In this document: positions 46,693 to 57,900 of the stretch, in pieces
Numbering within the stretch: the first letter of the stretch is position 1
Layout: every line of letters starts with the position of its first letter
Source of the DNA: Patescibacteria group bacterium
GTDB taxonomy: Bacteria > Patescibacteriota > JABMPQ01 > JAQVVF01
Direction of reading: 5' to 3'
Assembly: GCA_028699085.1 (NCBI GenBank)
Contig: JAQVVF010000005.1
Location: 79 to 64,078, forward strand
Length of the DNA: 64,000 nt
Notes under the pieces: model-generated
Databases searched by the model: none
Seen by the model: only the letters and a program-made list of their open reading frames with translations
Told to the model about the DNA's origin: nothing
Program-made: the position numbers and the translations under genes

Positions 46693-49600
46693 TCATTTCA
46701 AGTTGGCTCAATACTTTCGGATCATATAGAATGCATGACTTTGCCTTAATTTTTTTAAAACTGCCATCATGATACGGAACATTAAGAAAAACAGCAGTAG
46801 AGCCTAAATTATTCAAAATAATCGGTTTTAAATCTTCAATAATTCTTGAATTTGCAGTTTTTGGGATATTAATTTCAATTGATTTCGGAATTTCTTCTTT
46901 AGCGACTTCAATATCCTTGTCAGAAATTATTTTAACTTTATCTGCCAAAATTTTGACTTCGCCATCGCGATCATTAACTTTGCCATCAATCAAAACAATC
47001 TTTTCTTCTTGCCAAATAAGCGGATTCTTTTTCAAAACAGAAGGAAAGACAACAATCTCGCAACTTCCTGTTAAATCTTCAATCTCAACAAATAGCATTG
47101 GTTCATTCTTTTTAGTAAATATTTTCTTGGTCTTTGCAATTACTCCGCCAACTTTAATTTTCTGTTCATTCATGCTTACGTTCAACTGATTAATCGGAAT
47201 TGCGACAGCATTCAAATAATCTTTATATTCATCAACCGGATGTTCAGAAACATAAAGTCCTAATAATTCTTTTTCCCAAAGCAAGCGCTCTTTTTTAGAA
47301 GCAGGTTCTGCAGGATCTAATTTTAAATTAATAGTTGAAACATTTTCTTTTTTATTTCCAAACAAATCAGTCTGGCCAGAATCTAATTCTTTTTGAATCG
47401 ATTTTGAAAAACTTAATATCTTATCAATATTTTGCAATACTTGATTTCTCTCAATTAATGAATCCAAGGCACCAGACTTTGCCAAAGCTTCAATCGATTT
47501 TTTGTTCAAGTCTTTATGTCGAACACGTCGAACAAAATCAGAAAAATCCTTAAATTTACCAGCTTTCTTTCTCTCTTTATAGATTGCGGAAGCTATAGTT
47601 TCGCCAACATTTTTGATCGCATTGAATGCGAATCTAATACATTTGCCACGTTCTTTAACTACACCAAAATTCGGAAAACTTTCGTTTACATCAGGAGGTA
47701 AAACTTCAATTCCCATTTCCTCACATTCAGTTATCTCAATTGCAATTCGATCCATATTCTGTTGATCAGAGGTAAGCAATGAAGCCATAAATTCAACTGG
47801 ATAATGAGATTTCAAATATGCAGTTCTATAGCCAATCAAGGCATAGCAGGCTGCATGAGATCGATTAAATCCATAGCCTGCAAAAGGCTCAATAAATGCA
47901 AAAACTTTTCTAGCAACGTCTTCTAAAATTCCATTTGCAACACAACCTTTTATAAACTTATCTTTTTGTTCTTCCAACAATTCTTTAATTTTCTTACCAA
48001 CTGCTTTGCGCAAAACATCAGCCTCGCCTAAAGTAAAGCCAGCCAAATCTCTGGCAATCTGCATCAATTGTTCCTGATATACTGCAATACCAAAAGTTTT
48101 TTTCAAAATTGGTTCAAGTTTTGGATGAACATATTCAACTTTTTTTCTACCATGTTTGCCATCAATATAAGAAGGTATCCACTCCATTGGACCTGGACGA
48201 TATAAAGCAACCATTGCAATCAAATCTTCAAAGTTAGTTGGTTTTAATAATTTCAGATATCTTCTCATGCCAGCAGATTCCAATTGGAATACGCCTACAG
48301 TCTGCGCTTTTTGCAACAAATCATAAGTTATCTTGTCATCCATTGCCAAATCAGTCATATCAACTTTAACTCCATGGACAGCCTCAATAATTTCCAAAGC
48401 CTTTTCAATAATTGTTAAGTTTGCTAGTCCTAAAAAGTCCATTTTTAATAAACCTAAATTTTCAATGGCATGCATTTCATATTGAGTCGTGATTTCTTCA
48501 TCTCCTCGAGTAGAAAATTGATAAGGCGTATAAGTATCAAGTGGATCTTTAGTAATCACAACTCCGCAAGCATGAGTCGAAGAATGTCTGGCAACGCCTT
48601 CCAGCTTTTTAGCGGAATCAAAAAGCACTTTTGCTTGTGGGTCTCCGTTATAAAATGCTGTCAATTCAGGATTTATCTTAAGCGCTTCAGAAATTGTCGA
48701 GCCAAGTGGGATCATCTTTGCTGCTTTATCGCAATAATCATAAGGATGACTTAAGACCCGGCCAGCATCTCGAACAGCAGCTTTAGCAGCCATTTTTCCA
48801 AAAGTAACAATTTGAGCGACATGATCAGCTCCATATTTCCTTTTTACATATTGCAAAACTTCACCGCGTCTTGTATCAGCAAAATCCATATCGATATCAG
48901 GCATGCTTATTCTTTCAGGATTCAAAAATCTCTCGAATAATAAATCGTTTTTAATCGGATCCAAGTCAGTAATTCTCAATAAATAGGCGATTAATGAACC
49001 AGCAGCTGAACCTCTTCCTGGCCCGACAACAATTCCGGTATCTTTTGCCCAATTCACAAAATCAGAAACAATCAAAAAATATGAAGCAAATCCAGTTTTC
49101 TCAATGACTGACAATTCATAATCTAATCTTTCAGTGATAACTTTATCCAAACTTTCTCGATTTTTACCAAACCTTCTTAGCAACCCTTGTTCACACAAAT
49201 TTTTCAAATAGTCCATTGGCGTCAATTCTTTAGGCACAATGAAATAGGGAAGCTTAGTCTTGCCTAATTCAATTTCAACATTGCACTGTTCAGCAATCTT
49301 TAAAGTATTTGAAATTGCTTCAGGAGTATTTGCAAAAGATCTTTCCATTTCTTCTGTAGGCTTCATTGAAAAATCTTCACCCATCATTGACATCCTATTT
49401 TTGTCATCAACTTTTTTCTGCAATTGGATACAAAGCAAAATATCTTGAATTCGATCATCTTCCTTTTTTAAATAATGGATATCATTAGTTGCAACTAAAG
49501 GAGCGTCAATTTCTTTTGCAATTGCAATTAATTTTTCGTTTGCTTCTGCCTGTTTTTTTATTGTTGGATGATGTTGTAATTCTAAATAATAATTTTCTTT

Positions 49601-50095
49601 TCCAAAAATTTCTTGATATTTTAAAGCAGTTTCTTTTGCTTGCTTTACATTACTCAAAGCTTCGCGTGCAATTTGTCCTTCAATGCAAGCTGTTAATCCA
49701 ATCAAGCCTTTGCAATTACTTGAAAGCAATTCAAAATCTATTCTTGGCTTATAATAAAAACCTTCAACATGCGCCTTTGAGATTAACTTCAATAAGTTTC
49801 TATAGCCTTCTTGATTTTTTGCAAGCAAAATCAGATGATAGGGTCTTGTATCGATATGAGCTCTTTTATCCTGCATTCTATTTGGAGCAACATAAGTTTC
49901 TACTCCTAATATTGGCTTAATACCGGCATTTTTGCAGGCCTGATAAAATTCAACTATCCCATACATCACGCCGTGATCAGTCAAAGCAGCAGCAGGCATG
50001 CCTAATTCTTTTGCATGCAAAACCAGCTCGTCAATTTTTGGCAAGCCATCAAGTAGGGAGTAGTGACTGTGTGTATGAAGATGGACAAAACTCAT
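46643..50095 (-). CDS. dnaE: DNA polymerase III alpha subunit
   Basis: PHP domain (MSFVHLHTHSHYSLLDG), polymerase core and OB fold. 1150 aa. Confidence 0.95.
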   Translation of the reverse strand: MSFVHLHTHSHYSLLDGLPKIDELVLHAKELGMPAAALTDHGVMYGIVEFYQACKNAGIKPILGVETYVAPNRMQDKRAHIDTRPYHLILLAKNQEGYRNLLKLISKAHVEGFYYKPRIDFELLSSNCKGLIGLTACIEGQIAREALSNVKQAKETALKYQEIFGKENYYLELQHHPTIKKQAEANEKLIAIAKEIDAPLVATNDIHYLKKEDDRIQDILLCIQLQKKVDDKNRMSMMGEDFSMKPTEEMERSFANTPEAISNTLKIAEQCNVEIELGKTKLPYFIVPKELTPMDYLKNLCEQGLLRRFGKNRESLDKVITERLDYELSVIEKTGFASYFLIVSDFVNWAKDTGIVVGPGRGSAAGSLIAYLLRITDLDPIKNDLLFERFLNPERISMPDIDMDFADTRRGEVLQYVKRKYGADHVAQIVTFGKMAAKAAVRDAGRVLSHPYDYCDKAAKMIPLGSTISEALKINPELTAFYNGDPQAKVLFDSAKKLEGVARHSSTHACGVVITKDPLDTYTPYQFSTRGDEEITTQYEMHAIENLGLLKMDFLGLANLTIIEKALEIIEAVHGVKVDMTDLAMDDKITYDLLQKAQTVGVFQLESAGMRRYLKLLKPTNFEDLIAMVALYRPGPMEWIPSYIDGKHGRKKVEYVHPKLEPILKKTFGIAVYQEQLMQIARDLAGFTLGEADVLRKAVGKKIKELLEEQKDKFIKGCVANGILEDVARKVFAFIEPFAGYGFNRSHAACYALIGYRTAYLKSHYPVEFMASLLTSDQQNMDRIAIEITECEEMGIEVLPPDVNESFPNFGVVKERGKCIRFAFNAIKNVGETIASAIYKERKKAGKFKDFSDFVRRVRHKDLNKKSIEALAKSGALDSLIERNQVLQNIDKILSFSKSIQKELDSGQTDLFGNKKENVSTINLKLDPAEPASKKERLLWEKELLGLYVSEHPVDEYKDYLNAVAIPINQLNVSMNEQKIKVGGVIAKTKKIFTKKNEPMLFVEIEDLTGSCEIVVFPSVLKKNPLIWQEEKIVLIDGKVNDRDGEVKILADKVKIISDKDIEVAKEEIPKSIEINIPKTANSRIIEDLKPIILNNLGSTAVFLNVPYHDGSFKKIKAKSCILYDPKVLSQLEMIVGTGNISIIKAETNG

Positions 50096-50098
50096 AAT

Positions 50099-50701
50099 TT
50101 ACTTTCTACGTCCTTGAAAATAATATATTGTGCCAACAGCCAATATTGCTATGCCAGCAATCAATAAAATGACAAACAAAACCCAACTAAAGATTAGATG
50201 CGATAATGAGACAAAAAGATCGACAATCATTCTGCCAAAACTGGTTGCATCAAGCAAAAAGATAATTAAGAAAAAAATAAGAAATATTAAAACAAACTTT
50301 TTAATAAAAACTTTAGGCTTTGGTAAAAAAGTGCTCAAATATAACTTTATTTTTTTCATAGCAGACATTTTTTTCTTTTCAAAATCAACTAAATCTTTAA
50401 TTGCCTGATAATAAAAAGCTAAATCATTTTTTATTTCATAATTTGATGCAGAAAAATTTGCTTTTTCGATTGCTTTTTGATACGCGCTTCTAGCTTGTTT
50501 CAAATCTTCATATTCTGAAAAAACAAAGCTTAGAGCCTGAACTTTTCTTTCAAAATCTTCACCGGGCAAATCAAAATTTTCTACAATTTGCTTAAAAATT
50601 TTTTCAGTCTCGACCAAAGACATCAAATCTCCGCCAGCAGTTTTTTCAGCTAGATATTTTTCTACTCTTTCCCATGATAATTCCTTGTTGTTTGTCGGCA
50701 T
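50099..50701 (-). CDS. Hypothetical protein with C-terminal TM helices
   Basis: 200 aa. Soluble N-terminal domain and two C-terminal TM helices. Confidence 0.4.
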   Translation of the reverse strand: MPTNNKELSWERVEKYLAEKTAGGDLMSLVETEKIFKQIVENFDLPGEDFERKVQALSFVFSEYEDLKQARSAYQKAIEKANFSASNYEIKNDLAFYYQAIKDLVDFEKKKMSAMKKIKLYLSTFLPKPKVFIKKFVLIFLIFFLIIFLLDATSFGRMIVDLFVSLSHLIFSWVLFVILLIAGIAILAVGTIYYFQGRRK

Positions 50702-50801
50702 TTATTTTTCAAAATATAAAATATCCTTCAAATCATTATATAATAAAACCAAGTTAAACTCAAACAAACAAAAAGCGGATCTTTCGATCCGCTTTAACAT
50801 C

Positions 50802-53800
50802 CTATTGAGCTATTTTTGTAAATTCTGCGCTATTTAAAAATTCATTCTTGATGTCCTGTATTGATTTTCCTGATTGCTTCCAATAATTCACGCCTGAAAT
50901 ATCTGCAGCTCTTGCATACAAAGTTTCATATAATTCTTCGATTTGTGCTTCTTTGTCTTTGATTGCTTTTAATCTATCGTCATACTCTTTGCTCATAGCC
51001 AGCTCTTTTCTCATTTCTTTTGCATTAGGCAATGCAACCAATTTTTCTATACCTGTTTCGTCACCGCCTCGCTTTAATACTATTTGATATGCTAGGTCAG
51101 CTTCAGCTATCTTCTTTTCTTTTGGCTGCATTTTATTTATATTACCAACAGCTTCTGGACTGACCGAAATTGCAAATTTAGCTCCTGAAATATCAATCTG
51201 TTTATTGTCATTTCTTTCTATTTGCTTTGTCCAGTAATCAACTCCATTTTTATCAACAAATTTCTTTATATTATCTTTATATATTCTATCATGAATGCGT
51301 CGATACAAATTTTCGACAGCTTTTTTTGTACCCAATTTTGCTGCCGTTGCTTGCAGCCTCTTATCAAATTCTTTATATTTTCTGTCATTAAGCAACGTAA
51401 AATGTACCCCTCTCAAACTCAGAGGCTCTTGGTTATTTGTCGGTTTGTAGAAAAAATTTGCTCCACCTCCACGCAAACTTTTATCAGGTTGTACATATTT
51501 ATTAACCTGAAAATTATCTCCAAAGACTAAATTATAATAATAGAGAATTGTCTGAAATCTATTCAGCGTTTTAAAGTCACCAATATCTGAACATCTATCA
51601 GATAAGCTAACTTGGAAATAATATGGTTTTTGTCCAGCCACGTAACCTTGATCATTTTTGTCTGAAAATTCGCCGCCTTTTAGATTTTCAAGCACTGTAT
51701 AATATTTATTTTCATTATTTTCATAGTAGGTTTTTGCGTTCTGCAAATTTCCGCCGACTGCAATGCCATTATTATTAATCACAGCATCAGTAGTATATTT
51801 AAAATCTAGATCTTTATTTTTGTATTCATCCTTGCCAGTTTCCCATTTAATAACAACTCTGTCAGCTCCTCGCTGTATTAACTGAGGATTTTTTAATAAA
51901 TCAGCATCATTGCTCGGGCAAAACGCTTGATCTTCGCTTAATGCAGTAACTTTTATTGGAGCAGCATTAGCTAAAGGATGAACAAAAGTAAGCTTTGCTT
52001 CATATTCTCCAGGGTTTTGATATACGTGTTCAGGATTTGCTACATCTTGCAATGTTGTACCATCACCAAAATCCCAAGTATATGGTACGCCTGTCAGATC
52101 AATATCTTTATATAAATTCTCAAAACTAAAACTGACCGTTAGAGGAGCCTTGCCAGCATTTGGGTTGGCATTGATTTTTACTCCACTGGCGTATATCCAT
52201 GGCCCATTTACATATTTTGTATTTCCATCAGCATCTCTGACTGCCAAAGCTGTACTATAAATCCCAGAGTTTTTATATTTAAAAGTAGGGCTTGATTCAT
52301 CGCTATCAAGCAATTGGTACTCAGAAATCGGCTCCTGATTATACATTTCATCAGATTTTGCGAATTCCCAGTCATATTTATAAGGTCCTTTTCCGCCCGT
52401 TACTGTTGCCGTAAATTTAACATCCATTGGCGCAAGTCCTTGAGTTGGTGTCGCATCAATTGACACATTCAATGCACCCAAATCAACTTCTCCTCCGGGT
52501 GGTTCTGGCAGAGGTTCATCTCCAAGTTCGCCAGTTTTTACGGTAAAATCAAGTCGATCTAAATATATACTAGTTGGCAACGTAACCATCTCCTTTGATA
52601 CAGAGGTATTTGCAGGTACTGCGTTTGGGTCATCCGGAGTAATAATTTGAATATTCGAAATGCCTGGATTTAATGCCTTTATTTTTGCTCCTTGATAACA
52701 TTTTGTCCCAAAACCACCGCTACTGCAATCAACTTCTACAGTATCTAGTTTAATTAAATTTTCAGCAAAATTAGTTTTTGTATCTTCCTTCTGTGCTTGT
52801 TTAAAATCAATCGTGTCAGATTGTGGAATTGTAAAAAAATTTACATCCTCACTACCTTTAAAAGAAACAATATTTTCCAGAGGTTTATTATATTCAACTC
52901 CATTAGGATTACCAGTATTAGTATTAAATTCATATCCTAATGCATATTTTAAACCGCTTGCAGTCTGTTGAAAAATATCCTGATTAAAGTTATAAACAAA
53001 ATTATAATTAATATCTCTTACCAAATCCACTTTTCGCCAAGTCGCTCCTTTGTCAAAGCTAAAAAATAATTTTAAATCACTTGCTTTAATAGAGTCTCGA
53101 TATTCAGCAAGGGGATAATATATTCTATCTAGCCACAATTTACCTTCAATTCCTTTTATGCTTTTTCCGCTAATATTTATTTCATTTGCACCAGCATGAG
53201 TTTCTGATAATTCTTTAGAAAGTATTAATTTATTTGTTAATTTTTCTTCAAAAAATGGTTTTGCAGTTCCGAGCCCAGCATTAGTTATGTTATTAAAAAC
53301 TGCTTCGTCACTTGTTAGGTCGCTGTCTACGGTAATTTCTAAAGAATTACTTGGTATTCCGCAAATTCCAGCACTAATTGTCGATTTTCCTTTAAAAACC
53401 GGTATGATGCTGCCATTGGCTGTCATTAAAAGCACTTTAGGTTGACTCGATTTCCATCTTAAAAGATCAGACCAAGTAATTGAATTATAATTAACAAAAT
53501 CATCGCCAATACTAGATCCATCAAAATCTCCAGTATCTGGATTAATTGGCTTGCCATTTATGCTAATTTGAATTGCGTTTCTTAGTCTATCAATGCCAAA
53601 TCTTAACCAAGAAGATTGGACGCTATTATCAACAATTGTTACTTTCTGAGGGTTTGGAGTGATTTCAATTGTATCAATTTTGTTTGCTAGAGAAGTAGAG
53701 CATAAATAATTTGTTGATTCTGTATTAAGGTCTTTACTAAAACTATTTTCGTTACTTGCTAGCTCAATATTATTATATTCTTCCGTTACATTTTGAAAAT

Positions 53801-54098
53801 TACCATTTGCGTCAACAATTGTAGTCTCTTCTGTTAGGCCGACTAGCTTGCCTTCATTTCCAAGAACTAAATCATTTGCATCATCAAAAGCCTCCGAAAA
53901 TTCAATTGTTCCTGTTCCCAATCTAGCTACACCAAAATACCAGATTGCAGTTCCAATTCCAATAGCAACTAAAATAGCAAAAACGATTCCAGTTGCGATT
54001 CTAGTCCTGCTTCTAGTCGCAGTTTTTGTTGATAACTCTTCTTGATTATTCATATTTTTTTTATTATGCGTCAATGATTTTTGCCATTTTTTTGGCAT
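50802..54098 (-). CDS. Large membrane-anchored surface protein with PKD domains and C-terminal DUF4214-like repeats
   Basis: 1098 aa. N-terminal TM. PKD-like segments (GGKGPYKYDWEF; YTWDFGDGT...GEY). Two C-terminal (D/G)VNYW...EF repeats. Confidence 0.6.
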   Translation of the reverse strand: MPKKWQKSLTHNKKNMNNQEELSTKTATRSRTRIATGIVFAILVAIGIGTAIWYFGVARLGTGTIEFSEAFDDANDLVLGNEGKLVGLTEETTIVDANGNFQNVTEEYNNIELASNENSFSKDLNTESTNYLCSTSLANKIDTIEITPNPQKVTIVDNSVQSSWLRFGIDRLRNAIQISINGKPINPDTGDFDGSSIGDDFVNYNSITWSDLLRWKSSQPKVLLMTANGSIIPVFKGKSTISAGICGIPSNSLEITVDSDLTSDEAVFNNITNAGLGTAKPFFEEKLTNKLILSKELSETHAGANEINISGKSIKGIEGKLWLDRIYYPLAEYRDSIKASDLKLFFSFDKGATWRKVDLVRDINYNFVYNFNQDIFQQTASGLKYALGYEFNTNTGNPNGVEYNKPLENIVSFKGSEDVNFFTIPQSDTIDFKQAQKEDTKTNFAENLIKLDTVEVDCSSGGFGTKCYQGAKIKALNPGISNIQIITPDDPNAVPANTSVSKEMVTLPTSIYLDRLDFTVKTGELGDEPLPEPPGGEVDLGALNVSIDATPTQGLAPMDVKFTATVTGGKGPYKYDWEFAKSDEMYNQEPISEYQLLDSDESSPTFKYKNSGIYSTALAVRDADGNTKYVNGPWIYASGVKINANPNAGKAPLTVSFSFENLYKDIDLTGVPYTWDFGDGTTLQDVANPEHVYQNPGEYEAKLTFVHPLANAAPIKVTALSEDQAFCPSNDADLLKNPQLIQRGADRVVIKWETGKDEYKNKDLDFKYTTDAVINNNGIAVGGNLQNAKTYYENNENKYYTVLENLKGGEFSDKNDQGYVAGQKPYYFQVSLSDRCSDIGDFKTLNRFQTILYYYNLVFGDNFQVNKYVQPDKSLRGGGANFFYKPTNNQEPLSLRGVHFTLLNDRKYKEFDKRLQATAAKLGTKKAVENLYRRIHDRIYKDNIKKFVDKNGVDYWTKQIERNDNKQIDISGAKFAISVSPEAVGNINKMQPKEKKIAEADLAYQIVLKRGGDETGIEKLVALPNAKEMRKELAMSKEYDDRLKAIKDKEAQIEELYETLYARAADISGVNYWKQSGKSIQDIKNEFLNSAEFTKIAQ

Positions 54099-54111
54099 TT
54101 TTTAAATTTAT

Positions 54112-57015
54112 TTATTTCAAAACATTCACAAACTCATCACTCTTTAAAAAATCTTCTTTAATTTGCGGAATGGTTTTATTTGATCCCGCCCAATAATCGA
54201 CTCCAGCAACATCAGCAGGTCTTGCATATAGAGTTTCATAAATTTCTGCAATTGCTGCTTTTCTGCCACCTTCTTTTTCTATAGTTTCTAATCTATTATT
54301 GTATTCAAAACTATTTGCCAAATCTTCGCGCATTCTTTTTTGAGAATCCTTAAAAGTATCAATCAAATAGTTAACTCCGTCTTGATCACCGCCACGTTTC
54401 AAAACAACATTGTAAGAAAATTCTGCATTTGCCTCATCTTTTGAAGCAAATAATTCTTGCAATTGGTTTCGAGCTTCTATACTTGCTGAAATAGCAAATT
54501 TTGCGCCTTCTTTTGAGATACGGTCTTTTTGTCTAATTTTCGTCATTTGTCGATACCAATAATTTACTCCATTATCATCAGCAAACTTGTAGAGATTATC
54601 GTCATAAATTCTATCTAAGCTTTTTTTGTATAACCAGGCTACTAATTTTTTAGTTGTTTTTTTCTTATTCAAATAATTGTTGAATTCTTTGTATCTTCTA
54701 TCATTTAACATCATGAACCTAATACCAGGCAAAGTAATATCTGTATTATACCAGAAATCTACTCCGCCATTTTGAACATTTTTCCATGTATAATCTTTGT
54801 TCAAATCATATTTTCGATCAAAAATCCAATTATAGTAATAGAGGATTGTTCTTTTTCTATTTAATGTTTTAAAATCACCTATAGTATTTTGTCTTTCAGT
54901 ATCTAAAAAGATATCGCTATTTCCAGCTTTGAATTGATAATAATATTGCATTCTGCCATCACTAAATCCATCTTGATCATAACCATCTTTTTTACCGCCT
55001 TGAAGATCTCTTAAAACAGCATAATATTTCGAATCTTTAGTGTCATAATAAACTTTAGCTGTTTTATCCAAATTATTTTTATCAGTTCCATAATTAAACT
55101 TCAAAGTCTTCGCATCAAAAGAGCTTTTTAATTGATTTTTTGTCTCATCATTAGCTCCAGCTAATTTTACTATGACTCTGTTATGACCTCTGTAAATATA
55201 TGTTGAAGTGCCAACGCCTTGATTCTCCGTACCTGGATCATCATCGCCGTCAACTTCATCAGTCTTTATCGCAGTATACGAAATATTCAATTTATCAAGA
55301 TTTAAATATGCATCAGGCAAAACCAAAAAACCAAATTCCTTTTTAGAAAGTACTCTTCTGCCTTCGCCACCATCAGGGGATAAAAAAGTTACTTTTATTT
55401 TCCCATAGCCTACTTTTATTCCTGCTATAATATGGCTTACTGAATTCAAATGATCAGATGGATGACCAGCTTGATCAGTCACTCTGATAATATGATTTTC
55501 ATTTTGACCAGGAACTTGTAAAATCTCAGGGGTAAGGTTTTCAATAATCACATTATCGCTATTAAAATTATCTGTTCCTGCCGGGTCTTGAGTCGGCCAG
55601 TAGTTTTTCTTCAGAAAAAAATAATCTTTAGCATTTTCATTGCCTGCTGTGATAATACCTGCATTTATTAAATCCTCTTCTAACATTTGATTTCTATCAC
55701 TATTATTCTGTATTTCCATTAAAGGTGAGGATGTCATGCCGATTTCAAATCCGCCAGCCTGTCCATTTTGTCCGCCAGGCATTAGATCTGGTGGTGCCAA
55801 ATTTGGGATCTCTTGCTGTGGAATATCTGCTTGGATCCGTCTTAAATTGTATAAACCATTGTCATCAGATTGAATTATTGTAGCCCATTTTAGGGCATGA
55901 CCTTGTGAATTTGTGAAATCATAGCGAAATTTTTTAGCTCCAATTTTATTAATAATATAATCGGATTCTTCACTCAAGTTTTTCCAGTTCTGCCTATCTT
56001 CAGAAAATGCTGATGGTATGTACCATGTTTTTCCGTCATCATTAGATGCTAATAAAGTTATATCGCCTTTTATTTGGTCAGAATCCTGTAGTAAAATTCC
56101 TTCTAGCTCTGAAATATTAACATCAATTTCTGCTTGAGTAATATTATATTTGTCATCCAAATTAGTCGAAATATTTTTTGAGACTGTCTGCCCTTGAATA
56201 AAACTAGTATCAAGGACTTGACCTACCGGATTAAATTGATCAAATTCGCTTATGTCTACAGCAACTTGAGTACTGGCTTTTTTTTGTCCGCAAGCATTGA
56301 CTTGTAATGTTGTAAATCCATCTGGAGCTATCGGTAAAACAGATAATCTTGTTGATCCAAACATATCATTATAGACAACAGCTGCCGTCGGATTTGTTGA
56401 TTGCACCATTGCTTGTGAATAGTTACTGCCTTCGCCATTTTGATCGAAAATTTCATATTCAAATTTATAAGGTAAGTCGCTCTTTTTACCTAATTTAGCG
56501 CCTGTAAAATTCATTGTATTTGTTTGGACTCCGGCTTTTTCTACTTTGAGATTTCTGATATCTACCATATTAGCTAAAGAAATGTCATCAATACATGCTG
56601 GTACATCGCTATCGCCACTAGAATTTGGAGCACAGATTTTTCCGCAAATTTGTTTTGTTAGTCTAGCAGTTTGGTCATTTTCGGTTAATTCTTTTGTCGT
56701 CAAGCTAATTTGCTTACTCGGATTTAATAATAATTTTCCATCTTTTAATACCATTTGAGAATCACTACTATCTCCATCAATGTTATTAAAATTCAAAAAA
56801 TCTTCAGTTTTTGAACAAATATATGTATTATCATCTTGTTTTTGGCATCCAGCAGGCGGAACAACTCCAGCAAAAAATATTGCTGTGCCAATTGCTGTAA
56901 TCACAACTAAAGCAGTTACTAATCCAACAACAACTCTAGATCTGCTAGAGACTCTTGTTTTGGTTTTTACATTATTCATATGTTTTTTATTATTAGTTTT
57001 GTTTTTGTTATTCAT
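54112..57015 (-). CDS. Large membrane-anchored surface protein, paralog of 50802..54098
   Basis: 967 aa. N-terminal TM. Shared C-terminal architecture (DFKTLNR..ILYYYN; GVNYW/GVDYW repeats). Confidence 0.6.
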   Translation of the reverse strand: MNNKNKTNNKKHMNNVKTKTRVSSRSRVVVGLVTALVVITAIGTAIFFAGVVPPAGCQKQDDNTYICSKTEDFLNFNNIDGDSSDSQMVLKDGKLLLNPSKQISLTTKELTENDQTARLTKQICGKICAPNSSGDSDVPACIDDISLANMVDIRNLKVEKAGVQTNTMNFTGAKLGKKSDLPYKFEYEIFDQNGEGSNYSQAMVQSTNPTAAVVYNDMFGSTRLSVLPIAPDGFTTLQVNACGQKKASTQVAVDISEFDQFNPVGQVLDTSFIQGQTVSKNISTNLDDKYNITQAEIDVNISELEGILLQDSDQIKGDITLLASNDDGKTWYIPSAFSEDRQNWKNLSEESDYIINKIGAKKFRYDFTNSQGHALKWATIIQSDDNGLYNLRRIQADIPQQEIPNLAPPDLMPGGQNGQAGGFEIGMTSSPLMEIQNNSDRNQMLEEDLINAGIITAGNENAKDYFFLKKNYWPTQDPAGTDNFNSDNVIIENLTPEILQVPGQNENHIIRVTDQAGHPSDHLNSVSHIIAGIKVGYGKIKVTFLSPDGGEGRRVLSKKEFGFLVLPDAYLNLDKLNISYTAIKTDEVDGDDDPGTENQGVGTSTYIYRGHNRVIVKLAGANDETKNQLKSSFDAKTLKFNYGTDKNNLDKTAKVYYDTKDSKYYAVLRDLQGGKKDGYDQDGFSDGRMQYYYQFKAGNSDIFLDTERQNTIGDFKTLNRKRTILYYYNWIFDRKYDLNKDYTWKNVQNGGVDFWYNTDITLPGIRFMMLNDRRYKEFNNYLNKKKTTKKLVAWLYKKSLDRIYDDNLYKFADDNGVNYWYRQMTKIRQKDRISKEGAKFAISASIEARNQLQELFASKDEANAEFSYNVVLKRGGDQDGVNYLIDTFKDSQKRMREDLANSFEYNNRLETIEKEGGRKAAIAEIYETLYARPADVAGVDYWAGSNKTIPQIKEDFLKSDEFVNVLK

Positions 57016-57116
57016 TATTATTGATTAATTAAATAATTATAAAATAAAATAAAGCAAAACTAAACAACAAAACGTATCATTAACGTAGCAATTTTATCAA
57101 TAAAATTAGTAAAGGA

Positions 57117-57413
57117 TTAGGCAGTTTCTACTGGCCCTTTTATTTCCTTTGCAACTCTTTTTGCTCTTCTTTTGAATTCTGAAACACCGCTTTTTGTTTG
57201 TTCTGAAATCTCTTGAGCTTTTTTCATTCCAGCTTTTTTCCAAGCATCAGCTTTTTCCATACCAACTTTTTTCCATTCATTAGCTTTTTCTTTTAATTCT
57301 TTTCTGGTTTCTTCGCCAGATTTTGGTGCAAACAAAATTCCTAAAGCAGCGCCAATTACAGCACCAATGACAATTCCTCCGACAACACCGCCACCATTGC
57401 AATTACATGACAT
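57117..57413 (-). CDS. YtxH-like small membrane-associated protein
   Basis: N-terminal glycine-zipper TM (GGIVIGAVIGAALGILFAPKSGEETR) and K/E-rich tail. Confidence 0.55.
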   Translation of the reverse strand: MSCNCNGGGVVGGIVIGAVIGAALGILFAPKSGEETRKELKEKANEWKKVGMEKADAWKKAGMKKAQEISEQTKSGVSEFKRRAKRVAKEIKGPVETA

Positions 57414-57449
57414 AAAATTAATGTTAATTTTTTTTATATTAAAAAATTC

Positions 57450-57755
57450 TTATTCTCCTTTAAAAGCGCCAACAATGCTTCTAACTTTTTTGAAAACCTG
57501 TGACAATGATGCAATCGGTTTTAATAAATTATTGTTGATATCTTGAATAGTTGTTGTTAAGCCATTAACAGTTGTTGTCAAATCTTTGACCATTGGATCA
57601 ATTTCATTTAATTTTCTGTTGACATCTTCTACAGTCTTTTTTGATTCTTGGACAATCTTAGTTAAGTTAAAGACTAAATGACATAAAAATCCCGTAAATG
57701 CCAAAATCGCGATGCTTGATGCAATCAGCAAGATATCGTTGCTTGTTTCTAACAT
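57450..57755 (-). CDS. DUF948-like small membrane protein
   Basis: N-terminal TM then coiled coil. 101 aa. Adjacent to the YtxH-like gene (common pairing). Confidence 0.45.
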   Translation of the reverse strand: MLETSNDILLIASSIAILAFTGFLCHLVFNLTKIVQESKKTVEDVNRKLNEIDPMVKDLTTTVNGLTTTIQDINNNLLKPIASLSQVFKKVRSIVGAFKGE

Positions 57756-57900
57756 GTTTTTTAATTTATTTTTTTAAAGTTTTTTAATTACTAATAATAT
57801 AACACATTTTATTTTTACTAACAAATTACAAAAAGTTAACATCTTTTAAATTTTTAGAATTTATGATAGATTAAAGTCGACAAAATTAAAACAAAAATAT

